Source: Gemmatales bacterium (lineage in GTDB: Bacteria; Planctomycetota; Planctomycetia; Gemmatales; HRBIN36). Taken from it: a stretch of 64,000 nucleotides of DNA. Of the stretch, positions 29,601-39,494 are shown piece after piece (position 1 is the stretch's first letter; the number at the start of each line of letters is the position of its first letter). The notes below the pieces were generated by a model that was not told the origin of the DNA, did no database searches, and worked only from the letters and a program-made list of their open reading frames with translations. Location of the stretch: the NCBI GenBank assembly GCA_025055835.1, contig JANWWR010000073.1, forward strand, positions 11,379-75,378. Direction: 5' to 3'. The position numbers and the translations under genes are program-made.

Positions 29601-31499
29601 ATGTTCGCGGTTCTGATCAAGGAATCGGAGAACGCGACGCTCAACGACATCGGCCCCTATGCTTTGCATTGGCTGATCGTGACGGGCATCATGGCCATCG
29701 TGGTGCTCGTGGTCGGTGAAATCTATCGGCTCGTCACGGGCCGAGGCACCTCCCTGATGCGGGGCTTGACGGGCCGACTGTCGGAAACCTCGGAAGACGA
29801 CGCTTGGAAACTGCGGGTCTATCGGCTCTTCGTGGCCTTGATCCCCATTGGCGTGGCCGTGGCTCTGGGGCTATATGTCTGGTCGCTCCGCACTGACAAC
29901 CCGGAAATACGCTCCACTCGGGAGGACATGGCTCGCTGGGCGGCCGGGGTGGCGGGATTGTTGGCGGTCTTGGCGGTTTCGTGGGAATTTCTGCTCGACC
30001 TCAGCACCATCAGCCCACGGCGAGTCTGGGCCATCGCCCGGGTCAGCATGACCGAGGCTATCCGCCGCAAATCCCTGTGGGGTTTCGTGGTGATTCTGGC
30101 CGTGTTCCTGTTCGCGAGCTGGTTCATCCAAACGGACCGACCCGAGCATCAATGGCGCATCTACGTCCAGCTGGTCTTCCTGGTCATGACCATGCTGCTT
30201 TTGATCACGGCGAGCATCATTGCCTGCTTCAGCCTGCCCAACGACATCAAGCAGCAGACCATCCACACGATCATCACCAAGCCCGTGCGGCGTTTCGAGC
30301 TCGTCTTGGGCCGGATCCTCGGTTTCACGCTTCTGATGTCGGCCGTGTTGCTGGTCATGTCGCAGCTCAGCCTGCTGTACGTGTTCCGCGGCATCGACGA
30401 GTCCGCCAAGGAACAGAGCATGCGTGCCCGGGTGCCTGTTTTCGGGCAGTTACAGTTCGAGGAGCTGGACTCCCAGATGAAATGGCGGCCGACTCAGACC
30501 GGCATCCGAGTCGGTCGGGAATGGGAGTACCGCAGCTACATCCGCGGCGGCTCCGCCCAGGAAGCGGTGTGGAGGTTCAGCCGCTTACCGGCCAGTCTGA
30601 CACGCACCGAACGGATGATCCCGGTGGAGTTCACGTTCGACATCTTCCGCACCTCAAAAGGCGGAGAGGATTACAAGGAAGGCGTCAGTTGCCAGTTGGC
30701 CTTCGTCAACCCGAACAAGTGGGACTTCGGACGCTACGCCGACTACCGCAAGGTGATCGAGTCGAAAACAGCCGACGCCGACGACCCCCACAAGCTGGCT
30801 CGGGAATTCGGCTACTACGAACTGAAAACGCCGCTGACCGTGGTGGATTATCAGACCTACACGGTCTGGTTTCCTTCCAGCCTTCTGGAAGACCTGGGCA
30901 ATGAGCCGTTCGAGATCCGCGTCGCCTGCCGGAGTACGTCGCAGTACCTGGGCATGGCCCGGGCGGACCTCTACATCCTCGCCGAGGAGGCCAGCTTCTA
31001 CCTGAACTTCATGAAGGGAACCGTCGGTATCTGGTTCGTCATGGTGGTGATGATCACCCTGGGGGTGGTGTTCAGCACCTACTTGAACGCCCTGGTCAGT
31101 CTGATGCTGTCGTGGTTCATGCTGCTGTGCGGTATCCCGAAGCTGCGCGGGTTCATCAAACTGGTCGGCTCGGCGTTCGACCCGGACAACAACCCGGGAG
31201 GCGGGCCTATGGAATCGGTGTACCGCCTCCTGCAGAACAAGGGGTTGACCGCTCCTCTCGAGGAATCACGGGGCGTCCACGTGCTTCAAGTCATGGACGA
31301 TGCATTCCGCTTGTTGTTCAACGGGCTGCTGGCGATTCTGCCCGACCTGGGCCACTACACCCGGACCGACTACGTCGCGGAGGGCTTCAACATTCCGGGA
31401 ACAGAATTAGCGATGAGCTTTCTCATCTTGCTGGCTTACCTGTTCCCGTTCCTCCTGGCGGCGTACTACCTGATGAACGCTCGGGAAATCGCCAATTGA
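29601..31499 (+). CDS. ABC-2-type permease with N-terminal 3-TM extension and roughly 210-aa extracytoplasmic insert
   Basis: 632 aa. ABC-2 hallmarks RRVWAIARVSMTEAIRRK and PNDIKQQTIHTIITKPVRRFELVLGRILG. A hydrophilic insert at about aa 262-470 sits between TM blocks. Confidence 0.7.
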   Translation: MFAVLIKESENATLNDIGPYALHWLIVTGIMAIVVLVVGEIYRLVTGRGTSLMRGLTGRLSETSEDDAWKLRVYRLFVALIPIGVAVALGLYVWSLRTDNPEIRSTREDMARWAAGVAGLLAVLAVSWEFLLDLSTISPRRVWAIARVSMTEAIRRKSLWGFVVILAVFLFASWFIQTDRPEHQWRIYVQLVFLVMTMLLLITASIIACFSLPNDIKQQTIHTIITKPVRRFELVLGRILGFTLLMSAVLLVMSQLSLLYVFRGIDESAKEQSMRARVPVFGQLQFEELDSQMKWRPTQTGIRVGREWEYRSYIRGGSAQEAVWRFSRLPASLTRTERMIPVEFTFDIFRTSKGGEDYKEGVSCQLAFVNPNKWDFGRYADYRKVIESKTADADDPHKLAREFGYYELKTPLTVVDYQTYTVWFPSSLLEDLGNEPFEIRVACRSTSQYLGMARADLYILAEEASFYLNFMKGTVGIWFVMVVMITLGVVFSTYLNALVSLMLSWFMLLCGIPKLRGFIKLVGSAFDPDNNPGGGPMESVYRLLQNKGLTAPLEESRGVHVLQVMDDAFRLLFNGLLAILPDLGHYTRTDYVAEGFNIPGTELAMSFLILLAYLFPFLLAAYYLMNAREIAN

Positions 31500-31517
31500 G
31501 CCGAGCGTGGCGGCGAG

Positions 31518-33620
31518 ATGGGGAAACCGAGGCCGGCAGGCCGCAGGGGGCGGCACCGGCGGGAGGTAGAGAAGATGGCGACACCGCTGGAACAGGCACG
31601 CTATCGTAAGCTGCTTTACGGCGGGGTAATCATTCTGTGCTTCACCGGCCTGGTCGTCTATCGCCAGATGGGGGTCGTGGAGCAGGCGGCGGAACGGCAC
31701 GGCATCTCCGAGACGAACATCGGTAAGACCGACCTGGGTGGATCGGTGGCCCGCTTCCTGCTCGCCAGCTTCCGCGGTCCGCTGATCTGCTCGCTGTGGT
31801 GGGAGGCGATCGAACTTCAGGCCCGCCACGAGTGGGATCAGATGGAAATCATCATCAAGTCGCTGACCAAGCTTCAGCCGCACTTCCGCAGCACCTGGGA
31901 GTATCAGGGCTGGAACCTGGCCTACAACGTGTCGGTGGAATTCGACCGGACCCAGGACAAGTACTTCTACATCTCCGAAGGAATTCGCTGGATCGCCCGG
32001 GGCGAGGAGATCAATCGGGCTTCCCTGTACGACCCCGACAGTCCGAGCGGCAGGCGGATCGTCGGCGATCCGAATCTTCGCTGGAGCATCGGCTTCTACC
32101 TGCAAAACAAGATGTCGGTCGCTGACGAGGTCAAAACCTACCGTTGTTATCTACCCCTGAGCTGCACGCCGCCGAAGGATTGGGACCCCTACGAGTTCCG
32201 CCGCGATCCGCAACGGCTCAAGGATTTCAAACGGGATTATCCGCACATCGTCGAACGGATTCGCGATCTCAAGCACCTTCCCGAGGAAGCGGAAGCGGCT
32301 CTGGATAATGAGCTTCAGGAGTTTTTGACCCCGCTGTTCCGACCCGGCTTTCCATCCTTGTATCCGGAGCAGTTGGCTGGCGAGCGGAGCGGGTTGTTGG
32401 GCCGACCCGTCAGCAGTCTGGACAAGTTCCCGGTCTGGCCTCAACCCGACCCGTTGGAAGTGATTCCGCCCCGGCTGCGTCAGGCCCTCGACAATCTCGC
32501 CCCGGAGCGGCCGGAAGACCAGGACTCCTACGAGATTTCCCGGCTGTGGTTCGAGTACTCCTGCGCTCCATTGCCGCCGCCGAACGTGGACCTGGAAAAG
32601 CTCGATCCCGACCGGCGCAGGCTGTATCGCCGTCCGCAACGGATGGTGTCGCTGATCTTCCGCAGCAACCCGGCCCGTTCCAAGAGCAAAATGGCTGAGC
32701 GTCTCGCCCAGGAAGGCTGGATCGCCGAGTCGCAGAAGGCCTGGGCGGATGCCCACGAAATGTGGCGGGAATTCGGCCGGGAGAACAACCTGGACCTCGA
32801 TCCCGAGGAGGAGAAGGAACTCCGCGTCCGGGCGGCCCGCTTCGGAGGCCAGTTCCCGACCGTGGCCTCGGGACAGGACGACTTGCCCACCTGGGCCGCG
32901 AAGGACGAGGAGATTCTCAAGGACATGGCGGCCTATCGGCGTCTCCAGAGCGTGATGGGTCGGCAAGAGTTCGGCAATTACCGCTACTGGCGTGTGACCT
33001 CAGAAACCTACAGCAAATCAGAGGGCATTGAGGTCTGGCAGCACCTATACAACGCCAAGCACCGGTTCAAGTCGGACCTCTGGCTGGCCCGAAGCGAGTA
33101 CGAAAAGGCCCTGGAAGGCTGGCGGAACCTGCTTGTGACGGACAAGGGACGGGCCGAAGCGCTCCTCGGTCTGGCACCGTTCGCCTTCAACGCCGGCGCG
33201 GTGTTTCAATCCCGGCCGTTCTTCGCACCGACGCCGTTCGGACAAATCAAGCAGACCCACGAGGAAATCGCCCCGCATCACGAGGACTACATCGCCCTGC
33301 GTGCCCGCTGCGACGCTCCTCATTGGCTTCGGGCGGGTTGCGACTTGTGGCACCTTTGCCAGTTCTGGACGCATCAGGCCGCGGCTGGCGGCTCGCTGAT
33401 CGGACCGGTGGGATGCCTTCCGAATCCCCAGGTGCCTCTGCGGTTGTCCACCCTGGAAATCACCCTGCTGTCCTTGCCGGGGCCGCTGGATCTCTACCTC
33501 GATGAACAGGTGCTGGAATCCAAGCGGATGAGTCGTCCGAAACTGAACCGACCGCAGGCGGCGGAGCAGCAGGCCCAGCAGCCGGAAATTCAGACCGGGG
33601 TGATGCCGGTGCCTCGGTGA
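31518..33620 (+). CDS. Membrane-anchored protein of unknown function (single N-terminal TM, W/R/E-rich helical body)
   Basis: 700-aa ORF in a high-GC3 frame; alternative ATG at 31575. TM is LLYGGVIILCFTGLVVY. I recognise no catalytic motif. Lies 18 nt after the permease stop. Confidence 0.7.
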   Translation: MGKPRPAGRRGRHRREVEKMATPLEQARYRKLLYGGVIILCFTGLVVYRQMGVVEQAAERHGISETNIGKTDLGGSVARFLLASFRGPLICSLWWEAIELQARHEWDQMEIIIKSLTKLQPHFRSTWEYQGWNLAYNVSVEFDRTQDKYFYISEGIRWIARGEEINRASLYDPDSPSGRRIVGDPNLRWSIGFYLQNKMSVADEVKTYRCYLPLSCTPPKDWDPYEFRRDPQRLKDFKRDYPHIVERIRDLKHLPEEAEAALDNELQEFLTPLFRPGFPSLYPEQLAGERSGLLGRPVSSLDKFPVWPQPDPLEVIPPRLRQALDNLAPERPEDQDSYEISRLWFEYSCAPLPPPNVDLEKLDPDRRRLYRRPQRMVSLIFRSNPARSKSKMAERLAQEGWIAESQKAWADAHEMWREFGRENNLDLDPEEEKELRVRAARFGGQFPTVASGQDDLPTWAAKDEEILKDMAAYRRLQSVMGRQEFGNYRYWRVTSETYSKSEGIEVWQHLYNAKHRFKSDLWLARSEYEKALEGWRNLLVTDKGRAEALLGLAPFAFNAGAVFQSRPFFAPTPFGQIKQTHEEIAPHHEDYIALRARCDAPHWLRAGCDLWHLCQFWTHQAAAGGSLIGPVGCLPNPQVPLRLSTLEITLLSLPGPLDLYLDEQVLESKRMSRPKLNRPQAAEQQAQQPEIQTGVMPVPR

Positions 33621-33676
33621 CACACCGACGTCAAACCCAAGAGCAGGCTTGCCATCCCAACGAGGTCTGCCATATG

Positions 33677-33700
33677 CTCCGCAGAAATGACTGCGGAGTT
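33677..33700 (+). terminator. Hairpin (possible weak terminator) after the ABC/unknown operon
   Basis: Perfect 8-bp stem ctccgcag / ctgcggag with a 6-nt loop, followed only by TT. Confidence 0.3.
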
Positions 33701-33723
33701 CCCCACCGCTGCGAGGTCCGACC

Positions 33724-34653
33724 GTGCGCATCGTCATCACCGGAGGAGCCGGTTTTATCGGCTCCCACCTGTGCGAACGTTATCTGGACGAAGGACATGA
33801 AGTCGTCTGCGTGGACAATCTCATCACCGGACGCCGAGCGAACATCGAAGCATTTGCCGGCAATCCACGGTTCCGGTTTGTGCAGCATGACGTGTCCCAT
33901 CCGCTGCACATCGAGGGGCCGGTGGACATGGTGCTGCATTTCGCTTCTCCGGCCAGCCCCGTGGACTATCTCAGGTATCCGATCCAGACGTTGAAAGTCG
34001 GTTCGCTGGGCACGCACAACACGCTTGGATTGGCGAAGGCGAAAAACGCCTCGTACCTTCTGGCCAGCACCAGCGAAGTGTATGGCGATCCCGAGGAGCA
34101 TCCGCAGCGGGAAACGTACTGGGGCCATGTCAATCCCATCGGCCTGCGCGGCGTGTACGACGAGGCGAAGCGTTTCGCCGAGGCGATGACGATGGCCTAC
34201 CACCGCACCCACGGCATCAACACCCACATCGCCCGCATCTTCAACACTTATGGTCCGCGAATGCGCCTGGACGACGGACGGGCCTTGCCGAACTTCATGG
34301 GACAGGCCCTCCGCCATGAGCCGTTGACGATTTACGGCGACGGCTCGCAGACCCGCAGCTTCTGCTACATCGACGACCTCATCGAAGGCCTGGTCCGCCT
34401 GGCAGCCACGGATTTTCACGAGCCGGTCAATCTCGGCAATCCGGACGAAGTCACGATCCGGGAGTTCGCCGAGGAGATTCTGCGGTTGTCTGGCAGCTCC
34501 AGCGGCATCGTCTTCAAGCCGCTGCCCGAAGACGACCCCCGCATCCGCCGGCCCGACATCCGCCGCGCGCAGCAGCTCCTGGGCTGGTCGCCGAAGATCG
34601 ACCGGACCGAGGGTCTGCGACGGACCCTCGAATATTTCCGCCAGCTCGTCTGA
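33724..34653 (+). CDS. UDP-glucuronate decarboxylase (UDP-xylose synthase), extended SDR
   Basis: 309 aa with a GTG start, [17 protein letters not shown] and YDEAKR (YxxxK). The [16 protein letters not shown]-terminal block is typical of UXS. Confidence 0.88.
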   Translation: MRIVITGGAGFIGSHLCERYLDEGHEVVCVDNLITGRRANIEAFAGNPRFRFVQHDVSHPLHIEGPVDMVLHFASPASPVDYLRYPIQTLKVGSLGTHNTLGLAKAKNASYLLASTSEVYGDPEEHPQRETYWGHVNPIGLRGVYDEAKRFAEAMTMAYHRTHGINTHIARIFNTYGPRMRLDDGRALPNFMGQALRHEPLTIYGDGSQTRSFCYIDDLIEGLVRLAATDFHEPVNLGNPDEVTIREFAEEILRLSGSSSGIVFKPLPEDDPRIRRPDIRRAQQLLGWSPKIDRTEGLRRTLEYFRQLV

Positions 34654-34664
34654 ACACCTCGGCG

Positions 34665-37600
34665 TCAGGGAGTCTTGATGACGAACGCGGTGCCGTCCTT
34701 GTTGGCGGTAGCCAGCAGGGAACCGTCCGGCGAAAAGGCCACGGAGTACAGGCCACTCGGCAGTTTCTGGCTGGCGAGGAGTTTTCCGTCGGCCAGGCTC
34801 CAGAGCTTCAACCAACCGCCATTGCCCACCGTGGCTAATTTCGTTCCGTCGGGGGAAAGGGCGAGGTGGTACACCCAGTCCCGATGTGCTCGCTCCGCTT
34901 CGCCCTGACCAGCCGGCGGGGCGAGTTCGGGATCGACGAACTGCCGCACCACCGAACCGTCGTTGACGTTCCACACCTTGACCTGACCATCGCTGGAACC
35001 GGAGATGAGGAACTGCCCATCCTTGGTGAAGGCGAGGCAGAACACCCCGTCCTTGTGGCCCTTGGGAAATTCCTTTTCGTTGTAACCACGGAACTCCCGA
35101 ATCAGGTTGCCATCGGCGGCATTAAACAGCCGAATGCTGTGGGACAAGCCGCCGCAGGCGATCTGCTGGCCGTTCGGACTCCAGGCCAGGCAGTAGGTCG
35201 GCGTCGGGCTGGGCTGGTTGAACGCATTGATGGTCCGCACGGCCGCTCCGCTGGCAACGTTCCAGATGCGCACCGTGCCATCGTGGCCGGTCGAAGCAAT
35301 TTCCTGACCGTTGGGGCTGAACGCCACGGCGTCCACCATGCCGCCGTGACCGGCCAGGTTTTTCACTGGAACGGTTCCCGCCAGTTTCCACGCCTTGGCC
35401 GACTTGTCCGACGACGCCGTGTAGAGCGTGACGTTGTCGCTGTGGAAGCGGACGTCGTTGGCCGGTCCGCCGTGCTTGTAGGTTTGCAGCACCTTTCCGA
35501 AATCCGGAGGCTGCGGCATGTTCGCGGGCAGCTCGACATGGAGCACATGGACCGAGCCATCCTGAGACGCCGCGGCCAAGGCATTGTTATTGGCACTGAA
35601 AAACACGCTGCGGACGGGGGCCGAGGTTTCCACAGCCTTGAGTTCCCGTCCTTCGGCGAAGTTGAAAATGCGAACGAGCTTGTCCTCCCCGGCCGTGGCG
35701 ACGAGCGCGCCGTTGGGTGAAACCGCCACGCCGAAGACCGCTCCGCCGTGGCCGGTGAAGGTCCGCTCCATGACGAAGTTCGACAGGTTAAACAACTTCA
35801 CCGTCTTGTCGGCGCAGGCGGCGAGGAGATGACTGGCGTTCGGCGTCAGGGCGAGGCCATGCACCTGATTGCCCAGCGACGGCACGACCCGCTGCGCCGT
35901 GACCGTGTGAATGCCGACGGTTTTATCCGCACTGCCGCTGACAACCGCCGTGTTGTTCGGATGGAACGCCACGGATGTCACCGCTCCGCCGTGGCCGAAC
36001 CATTGCAGTTCCTTGCCGCTGGCGATGTCCCAGACGCGGACGCGGTTGTCGTCCGAGCCTGTCACCAGTTTGGCGTTGTCGGCGGAAAAGGCGACGGAGC
36101 GGGGCACGGCAGGCAGATTCAGCACGGCGACCTGCTGCCCGTCGGCCACCTGCCAGATGCGGACGGTCTTATCTGCGCAGGCAGCGGCGAGACGGGTCGG
36201 CGTACCTTCCCGACTGAAGGCGACGGCGGTCACGGCATCGTTGGCGGCGTAGGTCCGCACTTCCTTGCCCATCGCCAGGTCCCAGAGTTTCACGGTCTTG
36301 TCGGCACTGCCAGTGATGGCCTGCGTCCCGTTGGGATGAAACGCCGCCGAGGTTACGGGCCCGGTGTGGCCTGCCATTGCCTTGACCACGCCGACGTCGC
36401 TGATCCGGGACGATTTGTCCACGGACGAGGAAACCAGGGTCCGGTTGTCGGAGTGGAACAAAAGGGCCGTCACCGCCCCGGCATGGCCCGGGATGGTCTG
36501 GAGTTCCAGTTTGCTTGCCACGTCGAAGACGCGGATCAGGTTATCCCCGCCCGGACCGGAACCGACGGCCGCTTTCGAGCCGTCCGGACTCAGGGCGACG
36601 GCTGATAGAGGTGCGGGCAGAGCCATATTGGCCAGCGTCTGGCCATCCCCGGCGTTGAAAACAAGCAGCTTCTTGTCCGCCCCGGTGGAAGCGATGCGAT
36701 TGCCGTCGCCGCTGATGCTGACGCTCAACACGGCCGCTTCATGTCCGCCAAAGGAGCGGACTTCCTTGCCGTCGGCGACGTTGAGCAACTTCACGCTCTT
36801 GTCATCTCCGCAGCAGACGACGTGCTGCCCGTTGGGGGAAAAGAGGGCCTTGCGGGCGGGACCGCCGAGGGCCGTCTGCCACACGAGCAGACCCGGCCAC
36901 AATCGGGCGGTCTTGTCTTCGCCGCCACTGACGACCTGCTTCCCGTCAGGGTGATAGGCTGCCAGCGTGATCGGGCCTTCGTGGAGGTAGTATTGGATCA
37001 ATCGGCCATCCGCGGCATAGGTTCGCAGAACGTGGTCCGCTCCGCCGACGGCAAGGCGGGTTGCGTCGGGATTGAATCCAAGACTGCGGACCTCGGACGG
37101 GGTCGTGATCGTAAGGACTTCCTTGTTCTCCGCCAGGTTCCAGACCTTCACCGTTTTTTCCGCTCCGCCGACGGCCACTCGGGTGCCGTCCTTGCTGAGT
37201 GCCAGAGCGAACAGCGGCGCGGCGTGGTCGAGCTTGGCGACGCTCTTGCCCTCAGCCACGTTCCAGACTTGCAGGCTCTTGTCGTGGCTGATCGTGATGA
37301 GTTTTGAGCCGTCCGGTGCGTAGGCGATGCCGCTGACGGGTCCGCCATGTCCGCTCAGGGCTTTTTCTTCCTTCTTCTCAGCGACGACATAGATACGCAC
37401 CGCATGGTCGCCGAAGCCGACCGCGACACGGGAGTTGTCCGGGCTGAAGGCGATGCAGCTGGGGATGTGCGGCAGGTTTTCCAATTTGGCGGCGACAGCT
37501 CCATCGCCGACGTTGAAGACGTGAACCGTCTTGTCGGCACTGCCAACGGCGATTTGGGCACCGTTCGGGCTGAAGGTGACGCAGGTGATGGGCATGGTCG

Positions 37601-39251
37601 GACCGGCGAAGGCCCGTTCAACCTGACCGTTGGCCAGCACCCACAGGCGAGCTTGGTTGTCCTGACAACCGGTCAACAGCTTCGCTCCGTCGGGACTCAG
37701 GGCACCACAGGTGACGGCCGCGGGATGAGCCAGCGGCGCGGGGAGATTGGGCGGCAGGTTCCAGACCTTGACCAGCCCATCTTCGCCAGTCGAAAGCAAC
37801 AGGTTGTTGCCAGCGTTGAAATGCAGCGAGGTCACGTTGCCGACGTGCCCGCCGATGAAGCCAGCCGGCTGGTCATTGCCCAGGTTCCACAGGCGAATGC
37901 CGTCCGCTCCTGCCGAAGCCAGCAGGGCGGCATTCGGACTGACGGCCACCGCGGTAACGGGAGCGGCGTGGCCGGTCAACGTCTTGTCGGCCTGGTTGTT
38001 TTGCAGGTTCCAGCCGCGAACGAGCTTATCCGCGCCGCCGGTGTAAAGCCGGTTGCCGTCGGCGGTCAATGACGCGGACAAAACGGCTTCCGGATGGGCC
38101 AGGGAGCGGGCCGGTTTGAGCGGCAGCGACCACAGCTTGACCAAACCGCCGGCTTCGCCCACGAGCAGCTGGTTGCCCTGGGGATGCAAGGCCACCGCTT
38201 GAACCGGAGCAACCCCGGCGGGAACGATGCCCTGGCTGGCCCCATCAGCCATGTTCCACGCCGCCAGATGCTGGTCCGCCAGACTCGCCGCCACCACGGA
38301 GCCATTGGTGGAAAGGGAGACGATGCCCGCCGTTGCACCCGGGAGCACTCGTTCCTGGGCACCGTCGGCGAAGTTGGAAACGCGAATGGTTTTGTCCGCG
38401 CTTCCGCTCACGATCTTGTTCCCGTCCGGCGTCAGGGCGACGACGCTGACCGCCTCGCCGTGAGGAGCCGCCAGGCTTCGACTGGGAACGGAAGGCAGGG
38501 TCCAGACTTTGATCGTTCCGTCGTGTCCGCCGGTGTAGGCGGCGGCGTTGTTCGGATGGATCACCAGGGCCGAAGCGATATCCGAATGGGCACCGACGAC
38601 GGCGACCGGCTTGCCGTCGGCAGGATTCCAGGTCCGCAGCGTGCCATCCGCTCCGACGCTGGCCAGGATCGCTCCGTTGGCACTGAAAGCGACCCGCAGC
38701 ACGGGCCCGCTGTGACCGTCGCATTGCAACGCCTGCTTCCCATCGGCCGTCGTCCAGATTCGAACTGCTCCGTCCTTGCCTCCGGTCGCCAACCGGGAGC
38801 CATCCGGCGACAACGTCACGCACAACACCTCGTCCGGACTGCCGACAAAGTCCACCAGGGGAGAATTCCGAGGCACGTCCCAGAGCTTGATGGTGTTATC
38901 GCTGCTGCCGGATGCCAGGAAACTGCCGTCGGGACTGAACGCCAGGGTGAGAACCAGATTTTGATGCCCTTGCGGTCCGCCCAAGGTGCGGATCAAGGCT
39001 CCGGTGGCGGGATCCCAGAGTCTCAGGGTGCGGTCGAAGGACCCCGTGGCAACCAGCTTGCCGTCCGGGCTGAACGCCACGGAGTACACCAGTTCTTCGT
39101 GTCCCTTGAGGGTGTGCAGAATCTGCGGTGGCGAAGCCTGCTGGGCCGACAAAAGCCCGATGACGCCGACCCAGACCGCTAACGCCAGGGTTGGAAATCG
39201 GCCCCAAACGCTCAGGGTGAAACGACGAATCCGTTGCGAGGAAGTTTTCAT
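34665..39251 (-). CDS. Secreted giant WD40-repeat protein (about 35 blades, roughly five 7-bladed propellers)
   Basis: Start MKTSSQRIRRFTLSVWGRFPTLALAVWVGVIGLLSAQQ at 39251 (signal/anchor). I counted 35 repeats of the [AF]xSPDG..[LIV]A[ST]G..D.T[IV][KR][LIV]W type through to the C-terminus. Confidence 0.9.
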   Translation of the reverse strand: MKTSSQRIRRFTLSVWGRFPTLALAVWVGVIGLLSAQQASPPQILHTLKGHEELVYSVAFSPDGKLVATGSFDRTLRLWDPATGALIRTLGGPQGHQNLVLTLAFSPDGSFLASGSSDNTIKLWDVPRNSPLVDFVGSPDEVLCVTLSPDGSRLATGGKDGAVRIWTTADGKQALQCDGHSGPVLRVAFSANGAILASVGADGTLRTWNPADGKPVAVVGAHSDIASALVIHPNNAAAYTGGHDGTIKVWTLPSVPSRSLAAPHGEAVSVVALTPDGNKIVSGSADKTIRVSNFADGAQERVLPGATAGIVSLSTNGSVVAASLADQHLAAWNMADGASQGIVPAGVAPVQAVALHPQGNQLLVGEAGGLVKLWSLPLKPARSLAHPEAVLSASLTADGNRLYTGGADKLVRGWNLQNNQADKTLTGHAAPVTAVAVSPNAALLASAGADGIRLWNLGNDQPAGFIGGHVGNVTSLHFNAGNNLLLSTGEDGLVKVWNLPPNLPAPLAHPAAVTCGALSPDGAKLLTGCQDNQARLWVLANGQVERAFAGPTMPITCVTFSPNGAQIAVGSADKTVHVFNVGDGAVAAKLENLPHIPSCIAFSPDNSRVAVGFGDHAVRIYVVAEKKEEKALSGHGGPVSGIAYAPDGSKLITISHDKSLQVWNVAEGKSVAKLDHAAPLFALALSKDGTRVAVGGAEKTVKVWNLAENKEVLTITTPSEVRSLGFNPDATRLAVGGADHVLRTYAADGRLIQYYLHEGPITLAAYHPDGKQVVSGGEDKTARLWPGLLVWQTALGGPARKALFSPNGQHVVCCGDDKSVKLLNVADGKEVRSFGGHEAAVLSVSISGDGNRIASTGADKKLLVFNAGDGQTLANMALPAPLSAVALSPDGSKAAVGSGPGGDNLIRVFDVASKLELQTIPGHAGAVTALLFHSDNRTLVSSSVDKSSRISDVGVVKAMAGHTGPVTSAAFHPNGTQAITGSADKTVKLWDLAMGKEVRTYAANDAVTAVAFSREGTPTRLAAACADKTVRIWQVADGQQVAVLNLPAVPRSVAFSADNAKLVTGSDDNRVRVWDIASGKELQWFGHGGAVTSVAFHPNNTAVVSGSADKTVGIHTVTAQRVVPSLGNQVHGLALTPNASHLLAACADKTVKLFNLSNFVMERTFTGHGGAVFGVAVSPNGALVATAGEDKLVRIFNFAEGRELKAVETSAPVRSVFFSANNNALAAASQDGSVHVLHVELPANMPQPPDFGKVLQTYKHGGPANDVRFHSDNVTLYTASSDKSAKAWKLAGTVPVKNLAGHGGMVDAVAFSPNGQEIASTGHDGTVRIWNVASGAAVRTINAFNQPSPTPTYCLAWSPNGQQIACGGLSHSIRLFNAADGNLIREFRGYNEKEFPKGHKDGVFCLAFTKDGQFLISGSSDGQVKVWNVNDGSVVRQFVDPELAPPAGQGEAERAHRDWVYHLALSPDGTKLATVGNGGWLKLWSLADGKLLASQKLPSGLYSVAFSPDGSLLATANKDGTAFVIKTP

Positions 39252-39494
39252 GGTTATTCTCCCGGAAAGCGGGATGTCGAATGCCGGCAGTTCCGGCAGG
39301 TTCGGGCGGGACGGACCTTCTGCGAGCCTGGTGCAGGAACCCATCCGCGGGCAGGCTGTCTCATGCGACCTCAGTTTCGCAAGTCACGGCGTTCTCGTCA
39401 ACCGCCGAAAGCAGGTCTTTTTTTGCGGACGGTGCCAGGCCGCTCCGGTACAATCGCCGCCGATTCACGGAGATTTTCTGGGAATAACGTGCCT

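Noticed and set aside
39234-39494. TTG-initiated 5' extension of the RNase HII-like ORF
   Set aside because: It overlaps the 5' end of the WD40 gene on the other strand and encodes R/P-rich sequence. The ATG at 39495 places the DEAG motif at residues 8-11, as in RNase HII proteins.
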